Shown: piece after piece, positions 1 to 11,661 of the stretch
Numbering within the stretch: position 1 is the first letter of the stretch
Layout: each line of letters starts with the position of its first letter
Sequence record: OK254198.1
Reading direction: 5' to 3' (one strand)
Source: Escherichia phage PSD2001
Length of the DNA: 64,000 nt
The notes under the pieces: model-generated
What the model saw: the letters and a program-made list of their open reading frames with translations, nothing else
Told to the model about the DNA's origin: nothing
The model's database searches: none
Position numbers and translations under genes: made by a program

Positions 1-225
1 AACATATTGGTAATCTGGTTCTTCAACCGAGATAAGTCCAGCAGACACTTTGATGATAACCGTCTGAATATCGCGAGTAGTCATACCATCGCGCAGATGC
101 GGTTTGATTGTTTCGTATAATTCATATGGGTCGATATTAGTTCCTTCACATGACCAGGAAAGAACTTTAATAATTTTCTGGCCATCAAAATCTTGGGATA
201 CACCACTACTTTTTTGTACTTGCAT
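1..225 (-). CDS. nrdA: ribonucleotide reductase large subunit NrdA, N-terminal 75 aa (gene runs off the window start)
   Basis: Minus-strand ATG at 223-225 preceded by a GAGG RBS; hand translation MQVQKSSGVSQDFDGQKIIKVLSW...EEPDYQYV matches the T4 NrdA N-terminus; lies downstream of td as in T4. Confidence 0.85.
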   Translation of the reverse strand, partial: MQVQKSSGVSQDFDGQKIIKVLSWSCEGTNIDPYELYETIKPHLRDGMTTRDIQTVIIKVSAGLISVEEPDYQYV

Positions 226-258
226 GTTTTCCTCTATAGTTCAAAAGGGTTGGGAACC

Positions 259-504
259 TTAAATTGTTTCTGGTAGTTCCGAAGTCATTTCATCATTATA
301 TTCTTCTTCTGACTGGACAGTGATGTCAAAATATGACTGGACGTCACCGGCTGAATCATGACAGTAGACACGTTCATGTCTTTTGGCCAGAAATTTGATT
401 CCGTCAATAGTGATATAAGAATTTGGGGCAGGTAAATCCTGTTCGGTAAATTGTGGCATTTCAAAAATGACTTCGCCTGACTGGCGTTTAAATCGTAAAT
501 TCAT
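259..504 (-). CDS. hypothetical protein (81 aa), nrdA-upstream small ORF
   Basis: Six-frame ORF on the same strand as flanking early genes, tightly packed. Confidence 0.5.
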   Translation of the reverse strand: MNLRFKRQSGEVIFEMPQFTEQDLPAPNSYITIDGIKFLAKRHERVYCHDSAGDVQSYFDITVQSEEEYNDEMTSELPETI

Positions 505-563
505 AATTTCCTCTCATTAAATTTTAAATAATTATATCACAGTGCCCTGAAGCGGAATCGTAT

Positions 564-863
564 TTATGTACCCAAATCCTCGAGCGAAAAGGTGTCTTTG
601 AAAAGTTTGTTAACGACTAGAGCGATAATATCACCATGACATGACTTCGGTTTGCATGTGCAGGCTAATCGCATTCCGCGGAGAGTTTCAAGGTGTTCTC
701 TTTTGATTTCACCCGATTTAATCTTTGCTATGAAATATTCTTTAAAGTTCTTTATGTTTTCTTCTCGGGTACCATCTTTATATGGATTTCCCCACATGGT
801 ACCCCGTTGAATATTCACATCAAAGTCGGATTGATATTTGTTAACAACCCGACAGGCTTTCAT
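564..863 (-). CDS. hypothetical protein (99 aa) with Cys/His motif (CTCKPKSCHGD), possibly DUF4326-like
   Basis: ORF track; GNPY...R...CxC...CHGD pattern; domain assignment is from memory only. Confidence 0.5.
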   Translation of the reverse strand: MKACRVVNKYQSDFDVNIQRGTMWGNPYKDGTREENIKNFKEYFIAKIKSGEIKREHLETLRGMRLACTCKPKSCHGDIIALVVNKLFKDTFSLEDLGT

Positions 864-924
864 AGTAGGAAGTTAAGCCCGACCATTACGGCCAGAAATA
901 AAATACCGACAATTTGAATTTTCA

Positions 925-2701
<1,777 letters not shown>

Positions 2702-2711
2702 TATATTTTCC

Positions 2712-2951
2712 TCACGCTTTCTTAGCGATTTTCCAGTCAGCTTTAAATTGGTCAACATCAGAGTGGTGAATCCAGAAACCAGATGAGCTACCATCTTCAT
2801 AAAGAGGACAACCATCACACTCATCTTTCCAACCCATTGCACACAAAGTTTCTTCAGCTTTTTCCAGAGCTTCTGGATTGTTACCCTGGATTGTAAAGTA
2901 CCATTTGCCTTTAACTTCTGAATCTTTGATGCTCTCACGTTGTAATTTCAT
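2712..2951 (-). CDS. hypothetical Cys-rich protein (79 aa)
   Basis: ORF with GGAG RBS; CAMGWKDECDGC motif; early promoter cassette directly upstream. Confidence 0.55.
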   Translation of the reverse strand: MKLQRESIKDSEVKGKWYFTIQGNNPEALEKAEETLCAMGWKDECDGCPLYEDGSSSGFWIHHSDVDQFKADWKIAKKA

Positions 2952-2991
2952 TTTATTCTCCAGGGTTTTAGTTGTTAACTCAGTATGGGAC

Positions 2992-3030
2992 CATTATGTC
3001 ATAGCCCCATTTGGTTGTACACTACTTTTT
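2992..3030 (-). promoter_or_regulatory. T4-type early promoter cassette (UP A-tract, -35 GTGTACA, -10 ATAATG, conserved leader)
   Basis: Plus-strand pattern cattat-N16-gttgtacactacttttt; member of a repeated family. Confidence 0.6.
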
Positions 3031-3295
3031 AAATTTTATCAAGCCATTTTCCAAGTTTAGTCATTTCCTTGGTGGCTTTTTCCATACTTCTGAACTTAAC
3101 TAATAAAGGATAGGTATCTACACCCATCACCAGATTGGTTGCAAGACTATGTTCACCCACAAGCCATAATGAGTATGTTTGAACATCCAGACCATAATTT
3201 CTGTCTTTATGTAAACGTACACCCATTACTTCAAACTGTTCACTCGCCCTTTCTACTGCGTCCAGGAAATCATCTTTAGTCATATTAGACCCCAA
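3029..3295 (-). CDS. hypothetical protein (84-88 aa)
   Basis: ORF track; start may be the internal Met at 3283. Confidence 0.45.
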   Translation of the reverse strand: MGSNMTKDDFLDAVERASEQFEVMGVRLHKDRNYGLDVQTYSLWLVGEHSLATNLVMGVDTYPLLVKFRSMEKATKEMTKLGKWLDKI

Positions 3296-3647
3296 AAGTT
3301 GCTTTAATCAATGCAATGACTTCCGCAGCATTTTTGTGATTGACTTGCACATGAATGGTTTGGGTATCAACATCAGGAGCATCGCCATCAACTTCCAGGA
3401 AGTGGCGGAATTCACTTTCAGAGAGTTCAAAATAATCATCAGCTCCATCGCTATTCAGGATGGTACCATCTTTCATTTCAACTTTTTCAACAAAATAATC
3501 ACCTTCAATATAACACATATCCAGGACTTTGAAGGAATTACCATGTTGTTCCATCAACTTGACCATACACGAATTAGATTTAGGATTTTCTTTAATGAAA
3601 CGTTTTTTGGCAGCAGGGTCTAATACGTAAAATTTACCAGTTTCCAT
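3285..3647 (-). CDS. hypothetical protein (120 aa), paralog of 3994..4356
   Basis: Start moved to internal Met with GAGGA RBS; shares the DDYFELSE.EF motif and C-terminal helix with 3994..4356. Confidence 0.6.
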   Translation of the reverse strand: METGKFYVLDPAAKKRFIKENPKSNSCMVKLMEQHGNSFKVLDMCYIEGDYFVEKVEMKDGTILNSDGADDYFELSESEFRHFLEVDGDAPDVDTQTIHVQVNHKNAAEVIALIKATFGV

Positions 3648-3704
3648 TTTAATTTCCTCATATTCAATTGGGAACATATTATCATGTTCCCGTTGGTTTG
3701 TATA

Positions 3705-3932
3705 CTAAGCTTCAATCAAATTCATATAAAATTCAGCGTCTTCCGGGTGCATCCCTTCGCAATACTCATCAGCCATAAAGCGGGTAAGGTCTTCAAGAGG
3801 ACCTTGGACTTCAATTTGCATACTACAGAATTGCTTATCTTTAATGTAAGTCATGCACAAAGAAGGATAACGATTGCGAATAACTTCGTAAGTGTATTCA
3901 AAATCAACGATATCAATATTAACCTTAGCCAT
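3705..3932 (-). CDS. hypothetical protein (75 aa)
   Basis: ORF track; early promoter cassette upstream. Confidence 0.5.
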   Translation of the reverse strand: MAKVNIDIVDFEYTYEVIRNRYPSLCMTYIKDKQFCSMQIEVQGPLEDLTRFMADEYCEGMHPEDAEFYMNLIEA

Positions 3933-3959
3933 TTTATTTTCCTCATGTAGTTGATAGGT

Positions 3960-3995
3960 CTATAGTATCTCAACCATAGACCCTTGTAAACTGCT
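3960..3995 (-). promoter_or_regulatory. early promoter (-35 GTTTACA)
   Basis: Plus-strand ttgtaaac with -10-like element ~16 nt away; upstream of 3705..3932. Confidence 0.5.
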
Positions 3996-4356
3996 ATTTG
4001 AAAGCTTTTTGTAGAAGTTCAATGATTTGGTCAACGTTATTAGCATCCACAACACAATTAATAGAAACCGCACCTGAAGGTGTTTTTGCATAACTAGAGT
4101 ATTCACGGAAGCAATAAAACTCTTCTTCACTAAGTTCAAAATAATCATCGCCCATACCATCATCATTATAGATTGCACCATTAGCACAAATGATTTCGGT
4201 TACATAATCATAGCCGTCTGCACTTGATATTGATTTAACTTCAAACCAACCGCCATTTTCTTGGATGATGTCGACCATACCAGCATTCGATGAACTAATA
4301 TCAATGAAAGATTTAATACGATGTGGATTGAACTCATATTTTTTGCCGATTTCCAT
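3994..4356 (-). CDS. hypothetical protein (120 aa), paralog of 3285..3647
   Basis: ORF track; shared motif with 3285..3647; early promoter cassette upstream. Confidence 0.6.
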   Translation of the reverse strand: MEIGKKYEFNPHRIKSFIDISSSNAGMVDIIQENGGWFEVKSISSADGYDYVTEIICANGAIYNDDGMGDDYFELSEEEFYCFREYSSYAKTPSGAVSINCVVDANNVDQIIELLQKAFK

Positions 4357-4393
4357 TTTAATTTCCTCAGTTGTTATCAGTAGTTGATGGAAT

Positions 4394-4433
4394 CATTATG
4401 CCTTAGCTCAAAGGACTTGTACACTACTTTTTG
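4394..4433 (-). promoter_or_regulatory. early promoter cassette
   Basis: cattat...cttgtacactactttttg directly after the gene 32 terminator. Confidence 0.6.
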
Positions 4434-4444
4434 AAAATAAAAAA

Positions 4445-4460
4445 GGGACCCGAAGGTCCC
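4445..4460 (-). terminator. rho-independent terminator after gene 32
   Basis: gggaccCGAAggtccc followed by a T-run on the minus strand. Confidence 0.75.
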
Positions 4461-4466
4461 CTTATA

Positions 4467-5378
4467 TTAAAGGCCAGCCAGAAGGTCGTCAAGACCATCA
4501 TCAGAAGGCTCTGGAGTGCTTGGAGCAGTCGCAGTGCGTTCAGACTTAGCAGGTTTGCTGGAAGTGAAGTCTTCCATATCTTTATCAAAATCGTCCAGGT
4601 CAGCACCCAGTTTATCGGCTTGCGCAGCAGCTTTAGAAGCAGCACCACCGAGAGCAGCTGTACCCATTACTTTAGAGAATTTCTTCTGATTCTCTTCAAG
4701 AGATTTAAATACCAGCAATTCATTCAGGTCAGACATTTCGTCCCAAAGTTTTTTCTGGAATGCTTCATCATTGATGCCAGCGATTTCAGACTGGTTCATG
4801 AATTTGGAATCATCGTAGTTTTTATAATTGGAAACCATTTTAGATTTCAGTACGAAGTTCGCACCTTCAAAAGGACAGGTTACATCAACAGCTGTTTCGC
4901 CCATGTCAACATCGACTTCAACCATCTGGTTGATTTTGTCCATGATTTTCTTACCAAAGCGATATTTGAATACTTGACCTTCGTTAGACGGAACTGCAGG
5001 GTCTTTAATGACCAGGATGTTAGCCCAGTAAGAAGTATTACGCTTCAGTTTACGATATTCGGATTCGTTTGTATTGTACAGGTCATTCTTATTCATGTAC
5101 GCACACACAGGGCAGTTTTCATAATCGCCGTGAGTAGAAGTACAGTTTTCAATATACCATTGACCAGCATTTTTAAAGCCGTGGTTAACGAGCTTGATGA
5201 ATGGAGATGGATTTTCTTCATTCTTAGAAGGCAGGAAACGAATAACCGCAGAGCCGACGCCATCAGTATCTTTCAGTTTCCATTCTTTTTTATCGTCAGA
5301 AGAGAAACCAGAACCACCTTTAAGAGCGTTAAGGGAAGCAGCCAGGTCAGCAGGGTTTTTACGTTTAAACATAGACAT
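4467..5378 (-). CDS. 32: single-stranded DNA-binding protein gp32
   Basis: 303 aa; [23 protein letters not shown]...; Zn-binding Cys/His cluster; acidic C-terminus; terminator hairpin immediately downstream. Confidence 0.95.
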   Translation of the reverse strand: MSMFKRKNPADLAASLNALKGGSGFSSDDKKEWKLKDTDGVGSAVIRFLPSKNEENPSPFIKLVNHGFKNAGQWYIENCTSTHGDYENCPVCAYMNKNDLYNTNESEYRKLKRNTSYWANILVIKDPAVPSNEGQVFKYRFGKKIMDKINQMVEVDVDMGETAVDVTCPFEGANFVLKSKMVSNYKNYDDSKFMNQSEIAGINDEAFQKKLWDEMSDLNELLVFKSLEENQKKFSKVMGTAALGGAASKAAAQADKLGADLDDFDKDMEDFTSSKPAKSERTATAPSTPEPSDDGLDDLLAGL

Positions 5379-5438
5379 ATGATTTTCCTTAGATTATTTG
5401 ATTTTTAGCAGTTGTTTTGATTACGTATTAATTATACT

Positions 5439-6107
5439 TCAAAGTGCTTGAAGCGTTATTTGACAGTTTTTAACGGTCTCGATGAACAATTTACGAGCTT
5501 CAAGAGAATCTATATTTAAGATTTTCTTATAGGCATTTAGTTTGGTTGAATACTTTTCCCAAACCAAGTCGTTAGTCTGTTCATCATGTTTATTTATAAT
5601 ACCTAAAAATGAATCAAGCAAACAAAACGTTTCAAATGAGATAACATTCGATTGGAGAAGTTTGAAAATATAACTTGTGTTTACTTTAGTATTATACTCG
5701 AAAATCTCTTGGAGCGATTTGACTTCGACTTTCTTACTGAAGTAATATATGTTCTTTATATCATCTTCGTATACTTGTCTAATTCTTTTAAGTCGGCCAA
5801 TGTATTCCCTATAAAATATTAGAGCATCGGCATCACTTATATCGCCTATCCATGCATCCTGGTTTGCAACCAGGTTTGACATGAATATTAACGTTAATTC
5901 TTTAAGAGTGTACTTATCGCTAAGCTTTTCGAAAAAATACTTATCGCGACGTTTTTGATAAGCACTATCGGAGATTCGCATGGTCCAGTTATATTTGATA
6001 ATATCATAACGACCCGAAAAATGCTGTTTGATGGATAAGTACAGTTGGTATACTGATTTACCATTTATATATCGGTTGTTATTTGGAGGCATGCGAATCG
6101 TAATCAT
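5439..6107 (-). CDS. 59: helicase loader gp59
   Basis: 222 aa; MITIRMPPNNNRYINGKSVYQLYL... matches T4 gp59 along its length. Confidence 0.92.
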   Translation of the reverse strand: MITIRMPPNNNRYINGKSVYQLYLSIKQHFSGRYDIIKYNWTMRISDSAYQKRRDKYFFEKLSDKYTLKELTLIFMSNLVANQDAWIGDISDADALIFYREYIGRLKRIRQVYEDDIKNIYYFSKKVEVKSLQEIFEYNTKVNTSYIFKLLQSNVISFETFCLLDSFLGIINKHDEQTNDLVWEKYSTKLNAYKKILNIDSLEARKLFIETVKNCQITLQAL

Positions 6108-6397
6108 AACAAAAAGTCCAGCGTATTAGTTTTCTGTGTACGAGACATACTCGGACGAAGCAAGTTATCATCATATGCTTCATTCATAATCTTATCGACG
6201 ATTCCCGCAGGGATATATCGCGCAAAATTGCCTTCAGGAATTCCACGTTCTTCCAACCAGGCAGTCGCAGCTTCCAGATAAGACATTTCAGTTGACTCGA
6301 CCATAGCTTCAATATCAAGCCCGTTTTGCTGCTTACTAATCGCCCCGGAAGGCGATTCAGTTTTCTGTGTATCAAAATTAACTAAAGAGGACATCAT
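6104..6397 (-). CDS. 33: late transcription accessory protein gp33
   Basis: C-terminal 97 aa of the track ORF (start at internal MM) match T4 gp33 (...YLEAATAWLEERGIPE...KTNTLDFLL); upstream part of the track ORF overlaps dsbA. Confidence 0.8.
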   Translation of the reverse strand: MMSSLVNFDTQKTESPSGAISKQQNGLDIEAMVESTEMSYLEAATAWLEERGIPEGNFARYIPAGIVDKIMNEAYDDNLLRPSMSRTQKTNTLDFLL

Positions 6398-6647
6398 AGA
6401 GCTCCACAGCTTCGGTTTTTTCATCTTCAAAACGCTCACGAGTGCCTTTATGATACAGGCCGAGCTGTGTATTGAACATCTTACCGTCAACACCTAATTC
6501 AGTTTTTGCCTTGTCTTTAAGGTCTTTAATTTCGTCTGCATATGCTTCCATTTTTAATTTGGTATCGGAAGCAGCTTTAATCAGCTTGGCCAGTTCAGCA
6601 CCATGAGTATCAGGACAAAATTCAACTTTCACTTTTTTCTCTTTCAT
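6378..6647 (-). CDS. dsbA: dsDNA-binding protein DsbA (late transcription)
   Basis: 89 aa, same size as T4 DsbA, between rnh and 33. Confidence 0.8.
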   Translation of the reverse strand: MKEKKVKVEFCPDTHGAELAKLIKAASDTKLKMEAYADEIKDLKDKAKTELGVDGKMFNTQLGLYHKGTRERFEDEKTEAVELYDVLFS

Positions 6648-6655
6648 AATATACC

Positions 6656-7600
6656 TTAATAAAATTCGGCAATGTTTGCAGTTAGTTTAGACAGACCAGA
6701 CTTAACAAAGTAAGGATAAACTTTACTTTTAGCCGGGATAACGTAGTTATTATATCGTTCTAAGATTGAAGCGGATATTTCCGTTGGGATAAAGTCCATA
6801 TCAATCAACAATTGATTTTCACAGAATCTATTATATTGTTCTTCTGTTAAAAGCGTTTTCAAAACATCGTGGTCGTAATAGTTGAGTGCAATTTGTTCAA
6901 GCTCAGCGGCGCGGGTCGGTGGAGTGCGTTCGCCTTCTTCGTGGGTGTAATAAAAATCACCACGAACCTTGATGCTTGACACGTTATCTTTTTTGTCACC
7001 TTTAACAACCTTTGTCACGCAATCCATAAGGGCATCGCCTGATTTAGTTTTGACATATTTTTTCTGCATCGGGGACCATTGTTTCACCCCAGGGAATTTA
7101 TGTAGCTGTGTAAAGTCACCATCCGAAGAAACAATCATAACCGGATGTCCTAGACCAGTGAGCAACTTCGTTAATACTGCAATATGGTCATCAGCCTCGA
7201 CTTTATCCATATTCATCACGATGTAAGGCATATGTTTTTCCATTTCATCGATGATGATATGCATGGCAGCATGTAGACCTTCCCAATCGAATTGAGACTC
7301 TTCACGAGCTTTCGCACGGTTTTTCTTATAGTAATAAGATTTAGTCCGGCGCCAATAACCGTTCTTCGAGTTATCAACACAAATAATCGGAATCGTATAA
7401 CCGAGCTTCTTGAACTGCACAATATTTTTTCGGATAGAGTTTAGAACCAGGTGTCTGGTCATTGCAGTTGTTACCTTCGGAAAGCCTGCGTCTTTGCCGA
7501 ATTCCTGGAAGGCTGCAGCCATGATGAGCTGACTAAAATCGAGTAACTGAAAACCATCTTTTTGACGGTCTTCTTCAGGGAGTAAAAAATCTAAATTCAT
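6656..7600 (-). CDS. rnh: RNase H / FEN-type 5'-3' exonuclease
   Basis: 314 aa; ...GYWRR...YYKKNRAKAREES..DWEG...SSDGDFTQLHK... matches T4 RNase H. Confidence 0.93.
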   Translation of the reverse strand: MNLDFLLPEEDRQKDGFQLLDFSQLIMAAAFQEFGKDAGFPKVTTAMTRHLVLNSIRKNIVQFKKLGYTIPIICVDNSKNGYWRRTKSYYYKKNRAKAREESQFDWEGLHAAMHIIIDEMEKHMPYIVMNMDKVEADDHIAVLTKLLTGLGHPVMIVSSDGDFTQLHKFPGVKQWSPMQKKYVKTKSGDALMDCVTKVVKGDKKDNVSSIKVRGDFYYTHEEGERTPPTRAAELEQIALNYYDHDVLKTLLTEEQYNRFCENQLLIDMDFIPTEISASILERYNNYVIPAKSKVYPYFVKSGLSKLTANIAEFY

Positions 7601-7628
7601 ATGAACCTCTGTTCAATTAGTTGACTCG

Positions 7629-7658
7629 ATTATATTAGCATAAAATTTTTAAAGCAAT
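7629..7658 (-). promoter_or_regulatory. MotA-dependent middle promoter for rnh (MotA box ATTGCTTTA plus -10 TATAAT)
   Basis: Reverse complement reads ATTGCTTTA-N12/15-TAATATAAT, ~25 nt upstream of the rnh ATG. Confidence 0.6.
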
Positions 7659-7665
7659 ATAAATA
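7657..7665 (+). promoter_or_regulatory. T4-type late promoter (TATAAATA) for gene 34
   Basis: TATAAATA ~35 nt upstream of the gene 34 ATG. Confidence 0.7.
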
Positions 7666-7696
7666 CACATATACCAAATCAATAAGGATAAAGCAC

Positions 7697-10600
7697 ATGG
7701 CCGATATTTTAAAACCAGCATTCAGAGCAACATCCGGTCTCGATGCTGCTGGTGAGAAAGTCATTAATGTCGCAAAAGCTGATTACTCAGTTTTATCAGA
7801 CGGCGTTAACGTAGATTTCTTTATAGAAGAAAACACAGTTCAACAATATGATGCAACACGCGGATACAAAAAGAACTTTGCAGTTATTAATGATAACCGT
7901 ATTTGGGTTGCTCAACGTGATATCGCGGCTCCTGCGGGAGCATTTACCCCTCAGTATTGGTTAGCAACTCGTACTGACCCGAAATGGGAAACTGTTGCAT
8001 CTCCAACTCGTCAGCTTAACTCGGGTGAATTTATCGCCGTCGACTCGGCTGCAAGCTTTACCACATTTACATTGCCTCCAAACCCGGTTGACGGTGATAC
8101 CATCGTTATTAAAGATATCGGTGGGAACGTTGGTTACAATGAAATTAAAATCCAGTCAAGCAACGTACCAGGGGCAGGTAACCAAAAGATTGTTCGCTTT
8201 GGTAATCAGTATCCGGAAATTTTAATTACCAAACCATTCTCTTATAACATGCTTATCTTTTCAAACCGCTTATGGCAATTTTGGGAAGCTGGCAACGAAG
8301 AACGTGGCATCAGAGTAGAACCATCAACGGGTCGTTTCCATGCACAAGCTGGCGACTTTATTATGCGTCGTTATACAACTGGTGCACCGATTACTTTCAT
8401 TCTTCCTAAGTATGCAAACCAGGGTGATATTGTCAAATCTGTTGATATCGATGGCATGGGACCAACGTTCCACCTGATGGTTGAAACTTTTGACACCAGT
8501 TCCAGTCTTGGAAAAGCTGGCCAGCATCAAATGGAATTCCGTACCACAGGTGATGGTTTCTTCGTTTATAATGCTGCCGAAAAACTCTGGTATGTTTGGG
8601 ACGGTGATAATAAAACTCGTCTGCGCGTTATTCGTGACAGTGTTAAACTTTTACCAAACGAAAGCATCATTGTATTTGGCGAAGATAACTCAACTCCGGC
8701 AACGATTAATATCGATTTACCAACTAATGTTTTACAAGGTGACATTGTTAAAATTGCGCTGAACTATCTCCGCAAATCACAGACCGTTAATATAAGAGCT
8801 GCTGTTGGTGATAAGATTGCATCTGACATTAAATTGCTACAATTCCCTAAACGTTCCGAGTATCCACCGGATACAACTTGGGTGCTGGTTGATTCATTAA
8901 CCTTTAATGGCAACATCAGTTATACTCCGGTTATTGAATTGTCATATGCAGAAGATACAGTGGCTGGAACAAGTTATTGGGTTGTCGCTCAGAACGTCCC
9001 GACTGTCGAACGAGTTGACTCATTAAATGATTCCACGCGCGCACGTCTTGGTGTTATTGCTCTGGCAAACCAGACTCAGGCAAACGTTGACCATGAAAAT
9101 AATCCAGAGAAAGAACTTGCAATTACCCCTCAGACTTTAGCCAACCGTGTTGCTAAAGAGAACCAACGAGGCATTGCCAGAATCGCAACGACTGCTCAAG
9201 TAAATCAGAACAGTGATTTTGCATTTGTTGATGATGTAATTATTTCTCCGAAAAAACTCAATGAACGTACGGCAACAGAAACGAGACGTGGGCTCGCAGA
9301 ACTCGCCACACAGCAAGAAACCGATGCAGGTGTAGATGATACCACAATTATCACTCCAAAGAAACTGCAAGCGCGTCAGGGCTCAGAATCGCTATCTGGT
9401 ATTGTAACTTACGTTTCAACGACTGGTACAACTCCTGCTGCTTCACGTGAATTAAATGGTACAAACGTTTATAATAAAAATACGGTTAATCTGGTTGTTT
9501 CCCCGAAAGCTCTTGACCAGTACAAAGCTACTTACACTCAGCAAGGCGCGGTTATTCTTGCGGTTGAAAGTGAAGTAATTGCTGGTACTTCTCAATCTGG
9601 ATGGGCAAACGCAGTCGTTACTCCAGAAATGTTACATCGCAAAACTGCTCTTGATTCCCGTATCGGTTTAATCGAGATTGCTACCCAGGTTGAAACAGAT
9701 GCAGGAACCGATTATACCAGAGCTGTGACTCCCAAAACGTTAAATGACCGTAAAGCATCAGAAACGTTAACCGGCATAGCCGAGATTGCTACGCAATCAG
9801 AATTTGATACTGGAACTGATGATACTCGTATCTCAACCCCATTAAAAATTAAAAATAGATTTAATAATACTGCTCGTACTTCTGTTAATGCATTAAGTGG
9901 TTTAGTAGAAACAGGGACGCTCTGGGACCATTATAGCCTGAATATTCTTGAAGCAAATGAGACTCAGCGTGGCACAGCAAGATTAGCAACTCAGGGCGAA
10001 GTCAATACTGGCACTGACGATAAAACAATCGTTACTCCGCTTAAATTGATGTCGAAAAAAGCTACTGAAAATGCCGAAGGTATTGTTCGCATCGCGACAA
10101 ACGCAGAAGCAACAGCAGGCACATCAAAAGTCTTGGCCATTAGTCCGTCTGCGCTGAAATATATTGCACAAACGGAAACAACCTGGGAAGCATCTGAAAC
10201 ACTGCGTGGATTTGTTCGTTTATCTTCTGGTGCAGCTACTTCGGCCGCAACTACAACGACTGGTGCAGGATTTACATATGCAAATGGTGTGTATACTCCG
10301 GACCCAAGTAAACTGGTTAGCTATGCAAAATCTGGATATGCAGTTTCGCCTTACGAATTAAACCGCGTATTGCAAAACTTCTTACCGATAAATGCAATGG
10401 CTGTTAATGCCGAAAAACTGGATAACCTCGATTCGACCCAGTTTATTCGTCGTGATATTGCTCAGACTGTTGAAGGTGCGTTAACTCTTACTAAACAGAC
10501 AAATATCTCTGCTCCGGTTGTATCGACGAGCACTGCAGTGTTTACTGATGTAACGGCTGGCACTTCGACGTTCGGAACTGTGAATGTTGTTAACGGAACT

Positions 10601-11653
10601 AACAAGTGGAAAATCACTGCTCCTTCCGCCGGAACGACAATGACTATTGGCGATACGACTAACGTATTGACATTAAACACCGCCTCGGGTAATGTTGCTG
10701 TATTGAACAACCTCAGCGCCGGTAACGATGTTCAAGCCAAAAATAATTACGTTCTAAATGGTCGTACTATTGCAACCACGACGGGTGAAGCTTCTGGCGC
10801 AACTCTGGCTCTGGGTGATAACTCGCAGAATTTAGTGCTTAAAACTCTTGATGCTGGTAATATCATAGCAAACGGTGGCGGTGCATTTAAAGTCCTGACC
10901 GAGAAAAACGCTGTTGAGATTGTAGATAGAAACTTTGTTAACCAAGCCGGTGATACAATGTCTGGTGTGCTCCGTGTGAATGCTCCAGTCCGCGTATTCG
11001 GTACGAAACCAAGTCTTATCGCACAAGCCCCGACCGCAGATACTGTTGGCTTCTGGTCTGTCGATATCAATGATGAACCGACTTACAGCCAGTTCCCTGG
11101 CTACTGGACAATGAAGTTAAAACGTCAGGTAAACATTGATACAGTTCAAACTAAACCTGCTGGGGTAACTGATGAAGTTTGGAATGCTTCTGGTTGGTTA
11201 ACTGAAAACGGAACTTTCGCCTCGCCTGCTATTCGTTATCGTAATGATGACGGCTCGCTCGGTGACGAAGTATTGAGTAGTTCTGGTCAGAAACTGCGCG
11301 GAACCTGGTTTGACTATTCAGTTCGTGATAAACAAATTAAATATCCTGGTACATTGACTCAGTTCGGTAATACGCTGGATTCGTGCTATCAAGATTGGGT
11401 TTGCTATCCAACTGGATTGAACGGTGGTACTATTCGTTATACCCGTACCTGGCAGAAAAATAAATCTGCATGGACGACTTTCGCAATGGTTTACACCGCG
11501 GATAACCCTCCATCTGCAGAGGATGTTGGTGCATTACCGGCTGACAACACAACGATGGGGAACTTAACCATTCTCGATTGGTTGCGTATCGGTAACGTGC
11601 GTATCATCCCAGACCCGACCACTAAATCCGTTAAGTTTGAATGGATTGAATAA
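7697..11653 (+). CDS. 34: long tail fibre proximal subunit gp34
   Basis: 1318 aa; N- and C-terminal similarity to T4 gp34 (C-terminus ...GNVRIIPDPTTKSVKFEWIE); late promoter upstream. Confidence 0.95.
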   Translation: MADILKPAFRATSGLDAAGEKVINVAKADYSVLSDGVNVDFFIEENTVQQYDATRGYKKNFAVINDNRIWVAQRDIAAPAGAFTPQYWLATRTDPKWETVASPTRQLNSGEFIAVDSAASFTTFTLPPNPVDGDTIVIKDIGGNVGYNEIKIQSSNVPGAGNQKIVRFGNQYPEILITKPFSYNMLIFSNRLWQFWEAGNEERGIRVEPSTGRFHAQAGDFIMRRYTTGAPITFILPKYANQGDIVKSVDIDGMGPTFHLMVETFDTSSSLGKAGQHQMEFRTTGDGFFVYNAAEKLWYVWDGDNKTRLRVIRDSVKLLPNESIIVFGEDNSTPATINIDLPTNVLQGDIVKIALNYLRKSQTVNIRAAVGDKIASDIKLLQFPKRSEYPPDTTWVLVDSLTFNGNISYTPVIELSYAEDTVAGTSYWVVAQNVPTVERVDSLNDSTRARLGVIALANQTQANVDHENNPEKELAITPQTLANRVAKENQRGIARIATTAQVNQNSDFAFVDDVIISPKKLNERTATETRRGLAELATQQETDAGVDDTTIITPKKLQARQGSESLSGIVTYVSTTGTTPAASRELNGTNVYNKNTVNLVVSPKALDQYKATYTQQGAVILAVESEVIAGTSQSGWANAVVTPEMLHRKTALDSRIGLIEIATQVETDAGTDYTRAVTPKTLNDRKASETLTGIAEIATQSEFDTGTDDTRISTPLKIKNRFNNTARTSVNALSGLVETGTLWDHYSLNILEANETQRGTARLATQGEVNTGTDDKTIVTPLKLMSKKATENAEGIVRIATNAEATAGTSKVLAISPSALKYIAQTETTWEASETLRGFVRLSSGAATSAATTTTGAGFTYANGVYTPDPSKLVSYAKSGYAVSPYELNRVLQNFLPINAMAVNAEKLDNLDSTQFIRRDIAQTVEGALTLTKQTNISAPVVSTSTAVFTDVTAGTSTFGTVNVVNGTNKWKITAPSAGTTMTIGDTTNVLTLNTASGNVAVLNNLSAGNDVQAKNNYVLNGRTIATTTGEASGATLALGDNSQNLVLKTLDAGNIIANGGGAFKVLTEKNAVEIVDRNFVNQAGDTMSGVLRVNAPVRVFGTKPSLIAQAPTADTVGFWSVDINDEPTYSQFPGYWTMKLKRQVNIDTVQTKPAGVTDEVWNASGWLTENGTFASPAIRYRNDDGSLGDEVLSSSGQKLRGTWFDYSVRDKQIKYPGTLTQFGNTLDSCYQDWVCYPTGLNGGTIRYTRTWQKNKSAWTTFAMVYTADNPPSAEDVGALPADNTTMGNLTILDWLRIGNVRIIPDPTTKSVKFEWIE

Positions 11654-11661
11654 GAGGTAAT

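Noticed and set aside
4431-5408. 325-aa plus-strand ORF, and similar long antisense ORFs (31045..32031, 52245..53210, 49736..50359, 59996..60400)
   Set aside because: They lie entirely antisense to well-supported core genes (32, 39, 43, uvsX, 46), have low-complexity composition and no RBS; they are shadow ORFs.
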